Assembly: GCA_045837725.1 (NCBI GenBank)
Contig: JBEWZL010000304.1
Span: 124,001-188,000 of the forward strand
Direction of reading: 5' to 3'
DNA: 64,000 nucleotides
DNA from: Vermamoeba vermiformis
Taxonomy: Eukaryota
Shown here: positions 24,640 through 38,370 of the stretch, in pieces
Layout of the letters: the number at the start of each line of letters is the position of its first letter
How positions within the stretch are numbered: the stretch's first letter is position 1
Translations under genes and position numbers: made by a program
Notes under the pieces: model-generated
What the model saw: only the letters and a program-made list of their open reading frames with translations
Database searches by the model: none
What the model was told of the DNA's origin: nothing

Positions 24640-27600
24640 TTAAACCAAAGGCACGAAGCTAAAATGTACAGTGATTAGTTCGGTGTATATTTAAAGGGTC
24701 CAATTATCACTTACTCAACGGTGGTGATGTCTTGCTCGTAGTAGCCGTTGCCAATAGAACCGGACAAACCGACGTAGTAAGTCGAAGTGAAGTCCAACGG
24801 CAAGGGGTTCGTGAAGATTGGGTACTCAGATGTGGCGTTGACTTGAGACAACTAACAATAAAAAGTTAATTATTTGCAGGCATAATAATAATAAATGATA
24901 GTACGACTGTTAATAAACCAATTTTGTATGACACTGCAGTCATGACCGTGAAAAAAATTGACACGCGTCATCGATGACACTTTGACACGTGTCACGCAAG
25001 TTGGTTGAACTTACTCTTAAGGAGTAACCGTCGTAGTTCAAAGCAAATACCACAGGGTCGTTGCAAGTGTAGCGTTGAGGATGAACAGTGTTATAAACGC
25101 TGTTCGCGATTGTTTGACATCCGGGATTGGTACGGAAGACTGGCAAAGGCGAAGACCTTCAATGAACAGGTTAGTTTGGCAAGGTTGAATATATTTGACA
25201 CGTTTTCACGCTTACCAAGAGCAAATATAGAATTCGTTGTAGTATGAGCTGTAGCCAACCATAGTAACATTAGGCACTTGTTGAATGCCGAGACCGGTAC
25301 CGCTCGATGTGAGAACTGATCCGTTGGTAGGAACGGCTTTGGTGAACACAAACGCGAAGCTGCAAGTGATGTTAGTGTCAAGTGTCAAAAAATGACACGT
25401 GTCAAAGTGACTTACCCATCTCCGCCGTTGTAATTAGAGTCGCAGCTCGTAGCGAGCCAATTGAAGTTAGCTGTGAATCCGTAGTTCATCTTCACTGCTT
25501 GAGGATGGAGCATCAATCCGGCATTTGCAATGCTGGAAAATCCGTTTGTGAGTGTCAAGGCAGCTCCGTTGACTTGCGCGCTTCCTCGAAGAATTGGGTT
25601 CGAGGCGGCATCAAAGCCGTATGAAAAGTAACCGTCAGGTTGTGGGTAATAACCAACAAATTTCCAGTTGGTGATTGTTTGAATCATGTAACGGGAGTCA
25701 GTTGACGCGGAAAATCCTCCGTAGTAGAATCGAGGATAAATCGTGACACTGCGTGACACGTAGAGGACGCCGTTCATGAACAACTGTCACGACCGTTAGA
25801 AATTTCGTTGAAAACTACGCATCGGACTTACTCTCAAAGTGAACGAGTCATAAGTCAGAGTAAAGTTCACTGGAGTTCCACAGGCGGGGGTTAAAGAAAG
25901 TGGCACTCGGGTGCAGACGTTAGAGTTTAGACCAATCGGCGCAGTACCCCTACATTATGATAATTAACATTCCTGCCAACGGGTAATTGCTGTTCGACGT
26001 ACCAGTCACAAAGAGTCAGTGATCTGCCACGTGCGTCGTAGCTCATCATGTAGACGTCAGGAACGTTTCCAATGCCCAGTTCATCGGGAGTAGTGGTTTG
26101 AACTTGCGCCAATGTCGGGGCAAAGCGCGAGAAGTAGTGAGAGAAACTAAATATTTCCATATTAGGCAAGTGTAACGCGGAAAGAGTGCCTCTTACCCAG
26201 TAGCAGGACTTCCACTGCAATTAGATCCGGTCCAAGTGAACGATGATGTAAACTTGTAGCTGATGTAAAACTGCGAGTCTTTAACATATGCAGCACTTGA
26301 TTGTTGAGAGTAGTTTGTAAGTACGAGGACTGGTGAAACGGAAACGACGGATCCAACTCCGACAAAGTTGCTTGGAGCCATGACATTAGTGTTGACGGCA
26401 GTTGCCTTGATTGACCAATCAGAGATCTCCTGTTGGAAATATCCTTGACCAGTGGCTGCAGAAAGACCAACGTAGTAAGGTGAATTGTCAATGACCACAT
26501 CCGTCGAAGAAATTTGAACTTGACCATTCACGGACAACTATGAACCAATTATAAGTAAGATATGTTTATAATATTATTTTCATACCGATAGCATATTGTC
26601 TAATGTGTAATCGACTTCAATGGAGTAGTTCGATCCGCAAGTGAACTTCGGATTTGGATTCGCGACCTTGAAACAATCATAGTGGATAGAATTTACAGGA
26701 GAAGTCCTATACTTTAAGCGTAAGATCGCATATTATTCGTTGAATATTCGCTAGTAACTTACCAATTGCAAATGTAAAACTCGTTCCAAGTTGCGCTGTA
26801 GCCAGCCATCACAGTGTTGGGAATGTATTGCACGCCAAGACCTCCTCCAATAGATAGTGCTAGTTCTCCATTCGTAGGGTATGATTTAGTAGCAAAGAAC
26901 GTGAATCTATTCAAATAAAATGTTGGTTCTTGATGATCCAAAAAAAAATAAGATATTATTTCTTATTAAGGAATATAAAACAAATTTGGTTGAGCAATAT
27001 AAATAAATCGGTAATAATTACTCATATGAATAATCATGTTATTTCTTACCCGTCAGCTCCGTTGTACAAAGAGTCGCAGCCCGATGGTTCCCAAGTGAAT
27101 GTAGTTCGCAAGCCAAAGCCAAATTTCAACGAACTAGGATACAGAGCCACACCTGCTATGAATTGTGTCGCGTCGGTCAATCGGATCCGACCTAACTGAC
27201 TCGTCGCAGAACCAAAGTACTGCACGCTAAGACTGTCGATTGAATCGTACTCGTTGAAGCTGTCAGTAGTCGAATAGAACGACCATTGCGTGATGAATTG
27301 ATTGAAGTAAGCACTGCCAGTACCACCGCTCAAACCGACGTAGTAATGATCGACGTCAAGAGTCTTAGGATAGCTCGCAAGCAATGTAGTGTAGTTATAG
27401 ACCTACAAAATCGATTAAATTAAAAAAATTGCAAATATTTTGAGTTTTCAGTGAAATAAACTTACCGAGAGAGTAGCGCCATCAAAGAAAATTCTCATGT
27501 TCATTGTTTGTCCGCAACTTATTTTACCGATATCAGTTTGATTGCACGAAGGGTTCATATAGAACGGAGTTGCAGTGGGCGTGGTCCTGAGATCCAATAA

Positions 27601-28102
27601 GAAAAAAGTCGTTCGTGGATTTGCGGATTCGGGATTAACTTACCATTCACAAACAAACAACTTGCCGAGGTAAGCACTGTATCCAATCATGAAGGTATTA
27701 GGTACGGTGCCAATGCCAAGATAATAGCCTGAAGAAGAGATCGTGGGTGCATCTTTCGTCAAAAAGAACGAGAACCTAAATACGTTATTAGCTTCATATC
27801 CATATATAGTCAAATGATAGTATGTAGACTTACCCATCACCTCCACCATTAGCGGCATCGCAAGTATCAGGAACCCAAGTGAAGTTGGTCGAGAACCCCA
27901 GATTCGCTGAAACTTTTGTCGGGTAATACGCAAGTCCTGCCGTATTAGCCGTAGCAGGCGTAAGTTGAAGAGTAGTTCCGTTCACTGTTGCAGCGCGCAG
28001 GGTCACCAAGTTGGTCGGAAGCGTGAACTTGTAGCTGAACTGTTCAGCCACTGCAGATGCGGTCAATAGCGCGAGCGCTAGCCACCAAAGAGATCGATTC
28101 AT
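24640..28102 (-). CDS. Secreted protein with four tandem legume (L-type) lectin-like domains, paralog 1
   Basis: Signal peptide MNRSLWWLALALLTASAVA. Four repeats contain L.LT...AG...F.T.FTW...(G/A)DGF.F and YYVGLS(G/A).TG, typical of L-type lectins. There is a 5'UTR intron. Confidence 0.85.
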
Positions 28103-29545
28103 CCTAATTACTAACATCAGAATTGATTTGCGATGGAAGATATTATAATATGAATTGAAGAAAGAAAGTTTAAGTTGGTGGCATCCGATCGGATCCGCTC
28201 AGACTTACGTTTGAAGAGACTACTTGAAGATTTGAGCAATAGGAGAGGTCAGAGTAGATTTGTGGTAGTTAATTCGATTGAATTGACTGATACTAAACTC
28301 AAATGAGCGAACTGTTTATAAGGCTGCCTGACGCATGACGTTTGCAGCAGATCTGGGTATCTTGGCTCCACGAACATTTTCAGCAAGAAAACACGTCGGA
28401 AACTATGTAAGTAACGGTATTAAATATATGGATGAAAGAAGGAAGTTTGTAGATGTAAGTAGACGAGGCGTACTGCCGCGCCAGATCCAAAGTTAAAAAA
28501 AGGAGTTAAAATCGATATTTGCGCATATTAAATTGTGAACTTTTAATATTTGAGCGGGATTCTTCTCCGACACGTTGCAAAATAGCCCTTCTTAGCAAAT
28601 TAAAGCCAAAAGCACCTTAAACTTACCACACTGCATAGTACAATAAGATCAGGCCAAATCCATCATCAATCACTTTAATCGATCAATAGGCACTATAAAG
28701 TAATGCGCGGAATGCAATCGTTGTGCTACATCCAGGTCAGGTTCTGGAGCCTAAAAAAAAACAGCTTAGTACGCCTTAGATTGGGTAAAATATCACTGTC
28801 ACCTCGTCAATTAGATATTTGTGAAAGTAGGAGTCACTATGACAGCAAATAGATTGATTAAGCCGCTGACAGGATCGTAAAATTGCAATTCTTAGACCTT
28901 GCTCTAAATGGCCATTAATAATTTTATAAATCACAAAATATGCCATACATCAACGAGTGGAAGGAAAAAATCGTTCAATTATTTTTGCTAGCGAGATAAA
29001 ATTAGATCAAACCAAAAAAAGCGGATCGCAACTTAACGTGCGTTTAAATGTGCGAAGCGTACTGACTTACGGTTAGCAAGTACTAATTGATATTCAACAT
29101 TCCATTCTCCTCCTGAATTTCCGCCGCTGATTCTTTTCTTGATCTAACTTAAAGATCGAGTATGCAAGAGCTAAACTTACTAAGCCCAGATGGTATAGTA
29201 TACTACAAGACGTAAAGTGTTCGCGAGCAGTATTGATATGTAAAAAAAGTAAATCGAGAAGCGGGAAATCATTTGGCTTGCGACAATAGGAAGTTTTCCT
29301 GTAACAAGTACTAGTACTCAGTAACTGTTAAGTTACGCATAACGCGTTAATAAGGTGTAAGACGTATATACACGCTATCTTCGAAAGAACGGTTAGTTGC
29401 GTCAGAAACTGATTTGACAAGTGTTTGATAGATCTGACTTTCGACAACTGGTGCGCAATATAATGTTTATTTATTACAATGATTTGATATATACACGTGC
29501 TAAAGTGTCGAGTACAGTAGTACTATATACTCGATTCGTTATTAT

Positions 29546-30407
29546 TTACATTCCTACGTTCATGAATTGAATGCCAAGTACCAGCCAATCAAAAACAAAA
29601 TCACCAATCGCGTAATTATGCTTCATATTTCCTTTGTGGTGATAATAATGCAATGCACGTAGTTGTTGGAACCATCCATATTTCTCCATATAAAACCCTC
29701 GGCTATGAAATCCTTGGTGCAAATGATCCGCGAGCTTGAGGATCAAAGCTCCGGATAAGAACGAAATGATGAATATTTTGATCGACCACGTGTTCAATAG
29801 CGCACAAACAACGAACGGTGTGAATAAAATTGTGGGATAATACGCTTTGCTGTTGTCTTTCTTGGCTGGTTCGTATCCTTCCGTAATAAACCTAAAAAAA
29901 TTATTAGTTCTTCGACACTAAACTTTATACTAATAATCGAAGTATTATTATAATTATAGTGATATTTTTCGTCTTTATTGCTTAATGTCTGAATGTTGAC
30001 GCGCGACAAAATTTTTTTTACCTGGTTGGAGGGTAATCTGCCAAATGATGACCCATATGTGCTTCGTACCACCAATTAATTATTTTACGATGACCCGCCC
30101 AGTGAGTGGCTATAGCGAGAATCTAAAACGTATTTTAATTTTTACGAGATCCAAAAATAAATTATGAAAAATTCAAAATAATGCTTTAACAGTGCTAAAT
30201 GGCGTTTTTAGCTTATATATCACATTATATCTTAATAATTTAATTTACCTCGGTAATATAAGTAGAAAATAAGATGATCCACCATGGAATCGTTTCGTCA
30301 AGCAGATGGAGCGCTGATCCAATTGTTATGTAAGAAAAGACGTGAAGACCCGTGAGAGCTATAACAAAGCTCTTCGATACGGGTATGGGCTCGTATGGTT
30401 TCGACAT
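29546..30407 (-). CDS. Fatty acid hydroxylase/sterol desaturase superfamily membrane enzyme
   Basis: His boxes HWAGH, HMGHH, HQGFH and HYYHH, plus HNYAIGDFVFDW and TM segments. Two introns. Confidence 0.85.
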
Positions 30408-30752
30408 GATCTGTTCTGTCGTGTTGCTGTTGATCAGGGAAAATAAATTTAACCAAACTTTTCATTTAAGCCCACATAAAAGAAGTAATGCCACAAATGA
30501 TTCCACCGTATGTCATGGTATTTTACAATTAGTACAAAACCGAAACAAGGAAAGTCCGCGTGGGCAAAACGAATCCGGATTTCCTGGACGTCTTGTAGAT
30601 CTACACAAATATTGAGTCGCACTGCCATTATTAATATTTCGAAGAAAATACTATCGTCCAAAACTAGACGTTTACAATTATCGATGACGAGGGCATCACA
30701 GTACAAAATATCGTTTTACCAACTAGTACACAATATTTCTTTGTTTAAATGA

Positions 30753-33700
30753 TCAGTTAAACCCACGCAAGCTGAAAAAAACATTATTAGTACACAAATA
30801 TTCAAAATATGGCGTCGATAACGTACTATACGTAATTGCTGACTTGCTCATAATAGCCATTTCCAACGGATCCGGACAGACCAAAGTAATAAGACGATGA
30901 AAGGTCCAATGGGAATGGCCCAGTAGTGATCAAATCAAATTGTAAGTTTGACGCGGTAACATTGTTGAAGTTGAGCTAAAATAAGATTAAGTAAGGATTC
31001 ACAAATATAAGGTCCAATACTCACTCTAAAATTATAGCCGTCATAGCTAAGCTTTATGAAAACTTGGTCATTGCACGTAAGGGGCTGCGGATGAATTAAA
31101 TTGACCGCGTTGGAAACATTTTGACACGCGGGATTGTCGCGATAAGAGCCGACCAAAGGAGACGCCCTGAAGAAGTAAAAATATTAGTTTAAATTACGCA
31201 TGCGTTGAAGCAGAAAACAGTGACACTTACCAAGAACAAACATAGAACTCGTTGTAGTATGAGTTGTAGCCGACCATCGTAACATTAGGCACTTGTTGAA
31301 TGCCGAGACCGGTGCCGTTCGACGCTAGCACGGAGCTATTGCTGGGAACAGCTGTCGTGAACACAAACGCGAAGCTGTAAGTGAAGTTAGTGTCAAGTGT
31401 CAAAAAATGACACGTGTCAAAGTGTCAAAGTGTCTTACCCGTCACCACCGTGCTGCACAGGATCACAACTCGAAGCATTCCAATAAGATGCTGCAGTAAA
31501 GCCGTACTTCATGGTCAATGGTGTTGGACTCAACATTAACCCAGCATTTTCATCGCTGTAAAATCCATTCGTAAGCTTCAACTGAGGGAAGTTCCACGCA
31601 GCAAGCACCGTTCCTGCACTGCCCAAAAATGTTGCAGTGTCTGGTAACCCGTAGTACACGTATTGTTGCGTGGGAGTAACAGCGGTAATGCTCAATTGGT
31701 AGCCAGAAATTTGTTGCGTGAAGGAGTTTGTCGATATCGCAGTAAATCCGCTATAGTAAAGGCGTGGAAAAATTGTGACACTCCTTGAAAGCGTGAAAGT
31801 GTCGTTGACGTACACCTGTAGTATAAAAATAAGTATAGTGGATATTCGAGCTCTTATTTTGTCACAAATGTCAAAGTGAGAGATATTTATGTTTGACACG
31901 TGTCAAATAAAATGACACCGTGAAAAATTTGATATTTTACCTTCAAACTGAAAGCATCATAGGTAAACTTGAAGTTCAACGAAGTATCGCACACGTAGCT
32001 TGGCATCGTTGCTGTTGAACATATTGTTGATGAGAAGCCCGTCGGCGATGCACCCCTACGATCATTCCGTTTAATACCAGGGCTTAAGAAGCACAACAAA
32101 TGTACATACCAATCGCAAATCAATAAGCTATTCATTTCCACATCATAGCCCATCATATAGACATCGGCCACATTTCCAATGCCGAGTTCGTCTGGAGAAG
32201 TTTGAATTTGGCTAGCACTTGGAGTCAAGCGCGAGAAGAAATACGAGAAGCTGTAAATATTCAGTGAGTATACTCACATAATAATAAATAACGTTACCCT
32301 CGCGAAGGAGTTCCAAAACAGTCAGATCCGGTCCAAGTGAACGAAGATTCAAACTGGAAGCTGATATCCTCCCAACCACTGCTATAGACAGCCCCGGCTT
32401 GATTTGGCCCGTTGGTCAATAGAATAACTCGTGTATCACTCGAATTGAAAACAGCGGCGCCAATACCGACAGATAAATAGCCATAGTTGAGCTCGACAGC
32501 ACTGGATCTGAATGACCAATCGTAGATGTCTTGCTGGAACCATCCTCCGCCAGTAGCACCAGTGAGTCCAAAGTAATAATTCTTTGAATTGAATATCACA
32601 TCGGTAGTTGCGATTTGTACTTGACCGTCAACCGACATCTGACAAAAAAAGTTAGTAAATTGCTAGAATTTCGATATTAAGGATTAACTTACTGATAGTT
32701 TGTTGCCAATGTAAGCGACTTCAATTGAGTAGTTTGATCCACAAGTGAACTTTGGGTTGGGATTTACGACCGTGTAACAAACATAACGGAACAGATCCGG
32801 TCGCGGATCAGTCCTATCCAAAAAGGTTAGTACCATCTAATACTAGCGATTCTCTAAACATACCAGTTGCAAATATAGAACTCATTAAAGGTGGCACTAT
32901 ACGCCGCCATCACGACGTTCAATTCAGAGTTGCCCCACGCATACTGAATTCCAAGACCTGAGCCTTGAGATTGTATGACAGAGCTATTCGATAAATAAGG
33001 AACAGCAACGAACGCAAATCTATTGACAAATCGAAGTTAGATCTAGTTTGTCGAAGACTAAAACATATCGAAGTATCATACCCATCAGCCCCATTGTATT
33101 CAGTATCACAATTCGACGGTGACCAAGTGAATGAAGTTTTGAATCCAGTTCGAAGAATGATCCAGTTGTTGTAAAGTACAGCGCCAGCCTGCGATCCGGA
33201 TGTGGTCAAGCGCAACGCTCCATCGCCCGTAGGAATAGCGTCACCAAAGAACTTAATGTTGCTTGTCATTGTAGAGAGTGCAAGATCAGTGAAGCCGCTG
33301 GTAGTGGATTGGAAAGACCATTGCGTGATGCTTTGTTTGAAGTAGAGCGCACCAGTACTGCCGCTCAAACCGACGTAGTAATGATCCAGATCCATGCCTT
33401 TAGCAACAGTAACGAGCAACATGTCGTTGTTATATACCTAATGTATATTATTAGGATATGATTTGAAGCCAATTTTGTTCGGATCTTACGGTCCAGAAAG
33501 TGCCGTTAAAGTTGATCTTGATATTCATACTGCCACCACATTGAACGCTGGCAACATTAACGACCGTACATTCAGGAGACACGTCAAAAGTATCAGCCAA
33601 GGGTGTTGTCCTAAATATAGTAGTTCAGACCCAACTTGTGTTTTGGATGTCGGCCGACTTACCAATCGCAGACGTAAAGTTGACCCACAGAAGCACTGTA

Positions 33701-34140
33701 GCCGACCATATATGTGTTGGGGACATTACTAATGCCAAGGCCTTTATCTACTGAGTTACTGACTTGTTGATAAGTCGGAGCGTCCTTCGTAAAGAAGAAG
33801 GCAAATCTGCAACACGAAAAAAAAATCAACTTGTTTGTCACGCTTTAACTAATACTAGCATTAAAACGTACCCTTCTGCACCAGCAGGAACCGAGCAGCT
33901 TTCAGGAACCCAAGTGAAGTTGGTCGAGAAACCCAGATTCGCGGACACTTTCGTTGGGTAATACGCAAGTCCAGCGTATCCAGAATAAGGGGATGTCAGT
34001 CGCAAAGAAGTCCCATTGACGACGGTATTGACAAGAACAAGGTTTGTTGGTAAAGTGAACTTGTAACTGAACTGTTCTGCCACGACAATTGTCGCAACAG
34101 CGAGCCCAACGATGAACCACAATAATACTAATCGATTCAT
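30753..34140 (-). CDS. Secreted protein with four tandem L-type lectin-like domains, paralog 2
   Basis: Same architecture and intron positions as 24640-28102, with shared EQFSYKFTLPTNLV and AGLAYYPTKVSANLGFSTNFTWVP. The exact stop (30753 or 30757) depends on which last donor site is used. Confidence 0.85.
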
Positions 34141-35249
34141 CCTAATGAATATAATGTTAATAAATAGTACGTTAATTAGGGCTAGCAAACAACTAGTCGT
34201 TTGAAATGGTAGATCGTAAGCGCTACCAAAAAAAGTGAAAACTTACACTGATTGACTTGCGCGTGAGTTGTGGTCGCTGTCTCAATAAAATTGCTATAAT
34301 AATGAATAGCGATTCAACAACTTTATGTATTCAATGGGCACGTGACTTTGGGCCTTAGATACGATTATTACTGAGTTTAGGTCAGCATAACTATGACGAC
34401 AATCAGTCGGAAACTGTATAAAAGGCATATTTAAATGTATATCAGCTAAAATTATCGGTCTAAAGTGCTATGGAGCTCTGCTCTTGAGCCGCAGCGGGTA
34501 GGCAAACTTAAAAAAGGTTTAAAAAACTGCATTTTTATATTTGTGCGCGGTCTATTTTGGTAATCTTGGCGGACTGCCTTTCCGCTCGTATTTTTCATTA
34601 AACTTCTCGAGCTTAAATTAAGCGCGCGCATCCAAGTCAAACAAATTCAAACCGTACCTTGCCGCATTGCAATGATTTCTACAGCTGATTGCAACTGAAG
34701 GAGGGCACTGAGCTATTAAGGAATCAATCCAGGGCAACGTTCATTGATGGTTTCCTTCAGGGTTTCTGGCAACGAGAAAAATCAACTCAGAACCAAATCT
34801 GGGAGAAAGAGGTAAGAAAAAATTAAAAAAATTCCATACGGCAAATGCACTATGAAACTGCACGAATTATTTCTTTTTGTTAACAAAAATAAGTTTTCGA
34901 TCTGCATAATAATTTATAAATTAATTCAATTATCTGCAATGGCAATAGCAATCATTGAAATACTACGTTTAGGAGCAAATGTTTTTCATAATAATAATAT
35001 AAAAGAGCAATTGTTATTACCTGAGGAAAAGTCCGATGAAAGAAAACTGATCAAAGTATTTAACGCTCAGGCGACTACTAATGACTTTAAGGCACGTCAA
35101 TAATCGCATAATGAGCGACCTAACTAAATTCTACTGTCCGCGTTCTGCGCTCGACTGTTCGTGTGTTCTATTTTCGCGTTTGTCTCCAATTTTAGATTTA
35201 TTTAATTGTGCACGCAGATTGCTTATTAATATTATTTAGGTAAACAACC

Positions 35250-36368
35250 ATGAACACTGTATTTAATGACGCTACCTGGCTATCGCCGGTACTACGGTTT
35301 GCGGCGTTAGGTATTGCGATCTCAAATGCCTATCGAATACACAAACACGTAAGTTCTTAAATAACAATTAACGCTTGAATTTTATTAACAAAATTGCAGA
35401 TTAACTTGTCTACGTTAACAAGGAGGCTATACCTATTCAGTTTTTGTAAGTTTTTGACTTTACCCACCTGGATGAGCGAGTAAATAACGAATATAGTACT
35501 GAATTATACGATTGTATATTGAATTCATTATTTTAGCAGTTTCGAATTTAATTTTGAGCGGCATTGAAATTTAATTAAATGACACTAATTCAGTTCTTTA
35601 ACTGAAGTTGCCCAAATTCTTGTCATCACCTTAGCGTGTATAAATGGCATGTATAATAATAATTGGGTAGGTATAATTGCTAAAATCTAGTCGTATAACC
35701 GGATTAGGACTAATTCTTGAATTGTCAGCTAAAATGTTTACTCGAAAAGCTTCATATCATCTCTTCGACTGTGATAGGAGGATGCATATCCCAAGGATTA
35801 GTACGGGGATCAATCTTCTTCAATACCTACGGCAAAATAACCAGATCTATTTTTAGGTTCACTCGATCTGGCTTCGAAACCAAACTTTACAGCTATTTCA
35901 AGCGATACTTGGAGCGACAATAATATTATTGAACTCAGTTGCCACGCTATGGCTATTATTCACAGGCCAATCGACGTAAGTGACTAAGTTTAGACCGAGA
36001 GCTATTTTTGGATCTGGAGCTAAAGTATTCGTGATAGGCCAGTGGATCTGTTTTCAGTAGTAGCTCTAATAGCAACGTGCTTATTTATGGCTCTTAAAGC
36101 ATCCGAATATCCTTCGGCTGCGGCAAATGTTTTTCTCGGATTCAGCATTCTCGTTGTTGGACTAATGATCCGTGACCGATTTTCAGCCAATGTGCTATAT
36201 ATTACCGACAATAAGGACGTCTACTTGCTAGTAGTACGCATTGGATTCATATTCTTATCCAATGGACTCATCGCTATCGAAGAAATTAATAAGGAGCATC
36301 TCCTACTCGCTCAAGCCAATAACAAGGGCAAACAAAACCATTTTTATTTGAAAAGTACTAAAAGGTGA
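35250..36368 (+). CDS. Uncharacterised multi-pass membrane protein
   Basis: ATG at 35250 (MNTVFNDATWLSPVLRFAALGIAIS). Spliced exons give several hydrophobic segments and end ...KSTKR*. Confidence 0.6.
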
Positions 36369-36547
36369 TATAATACTAATACAAATAAACACCAGACAAA
36401 TGTACTATAAGACAAAAAAGTAATTAGTGTTTGTTTTTTGAGCGCTCAATTCCTGAGAGCCGACAAATAGTATTTAATGTACTGCCTAAATATCATACTA
36501 CTAGGAAAGCCGTTAGCAACCAATGAAATAGCTGAATAAGTTTTTAT

Positions 36548-38211
36548 TTACAAAGTGAAGAGCAGTATAAATACGGTAGTTATTACAAACGGAGCTGCAA
36601 CTATACTGTGGCCGATAGAACACATCTGCCGTAATCTTTTGCAGTCATTGGCAAGTGACGTGTCTTTGATCAACAGATTGACAGTTGTTGCCAGATCGCA
36701 TCCGTCAGAAACAAAGTGCGGCTCAGTCAAGTTGTAGTACCAATTCATCGCGTAGTACGAACTGTAATGACCATCTAGTTGGAAATCTCCGTCAACCCAG
36801 GGCAGAATATGAAGAAAACACGTGGTTGTAACGCCTCCGCTGCCGGATCTGGCCGCAACAGTGGCATCAAGTGAGTTATGAACAGCAGTGCCCAATCCAA
36901 CCGTCCAATCATTCGCTTGCTTTTCATTGCCAGGCGTAAGACCTAGTCCTAAATACTGAGCAAACGAGCTATCTATGACCGATTGTAGCGTAAACAGTCT
37001 GTTCGGGATGTAATTGAACGCAATTTCGGGGAAAACACAAAAAGTAGCGTTATTAGGATTAGCAGCCGTGCAATTCTGATTGAATCGACTATGAAAGTAC
37101 GTCGCTGTGTTGCGAAAGAGGTCTTCGATAGGCAGGATCGAATTACTGAACGGCGGATAGGGAATAAACCAGCCTGCGTTCAATAATACGGATATTGTTG
37201 TGTTGGGCAGTCTCTGCATTAAAATTAATCAATATTAATTACAAGATAACATCGTTATTACTAATCTGTAGCAAATTAAAAAAAAGTTCGTGTCGCAATT
37301 TCAGCCGGTACAGATCCCAAATCGAATTCCATTTGTAGCTTTCAAAATAATTTTCAAATAATTAATACGTACCTCGCTGACCCAATCAACATTAGCAGTA
37401 GCCCCAAGAGCTCCGGCACTGGCACCAGAGAAAATTAAGTCGGTCGCTTTGTCCAGGTCGTACTTTCCAATTAACTCTAAACAAGCACTTATGAGTATAC
37501 ATATAATTTGTAATATAAAGACTATTATAATTTACTGGTATTACCTTCAATAACTGCCTTAACAGTCATATGACCGGCAAAGTAAACTCCGTTGTAAGCT
37601 GATTCGGTGTCCGTACGAGTACCGGACCACAAATCTCCGCTACAATAAGGAATATGAACCCTAGTCCAGTTCCAAAAGCCCTATTTTTATTCAAGCCAGA
37701 TCAGAAACAAATCCGAAAACGAAAGAGAATCGTAATAATTACCGGATTAGCCTCTGCCGCTGAGGTGCTTCGTCCTCCATATGTAACGTCAAATCCTTCG
37801 TACGTTGGAGGAAAGTAGTTTGACGAGCCAAGTGAATTCTGGATTTGCGTTGATAAATCTTTCGGTGTTCTCAATTACATACGCTCAAACGGCTGTTACA
37901 CTCATCGACGGTCGAACATAGAGCACCACCCTCTAAGGATATTACCCATTTGTTCGGCACAGTGCCTGATTTTCATAAATAATTATTTTTAAAATTAACA
38001 CCGTACCTGCCTCAAAATAATAACCACTAGGGGTACCATCAAGACTAATTGAACGTTAATTAAAATTATTAGTCGAATATAATTTGATTTACCATCGGGC
38101 GCCAGATGCAGAAGATGATTGCTCCGAAAATACTGTTAGATCAAGTAACGCTTGAGACGTTATGAAGAGCGTTGTTAATAAATAACATAGTAATCGAATA
38201 CGTGCCAACAT
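36548..38211 (-). CDS. Pectinacetylesterase/Notum-family carboxylesterase, secreted and probably GPI-anchored
   Basis: Signal peptide; ARCLDGTPSGYY, LEGGALC, SLGSS, NPGFWNWTRVHIPYCSGDLWSG, nucleophile motif SGASAG, QSVIDS and CFLH; hydrophobic C-terminal tail. Confidence 0.92.
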
Positions 38212-38370
38212 GTTGGCTTGCACGGGAAAAATAATTGTTAACAAATAATCAACGTAAAAAAATCCTAACCAAATCTTTTCACACAAGAAATGAGATCCAA
38301 CACTTCATATAACACCTAAGATTATTTAGTGTAACTAACATTCGGTTCCAACGTAACTGACGAGATAAAA

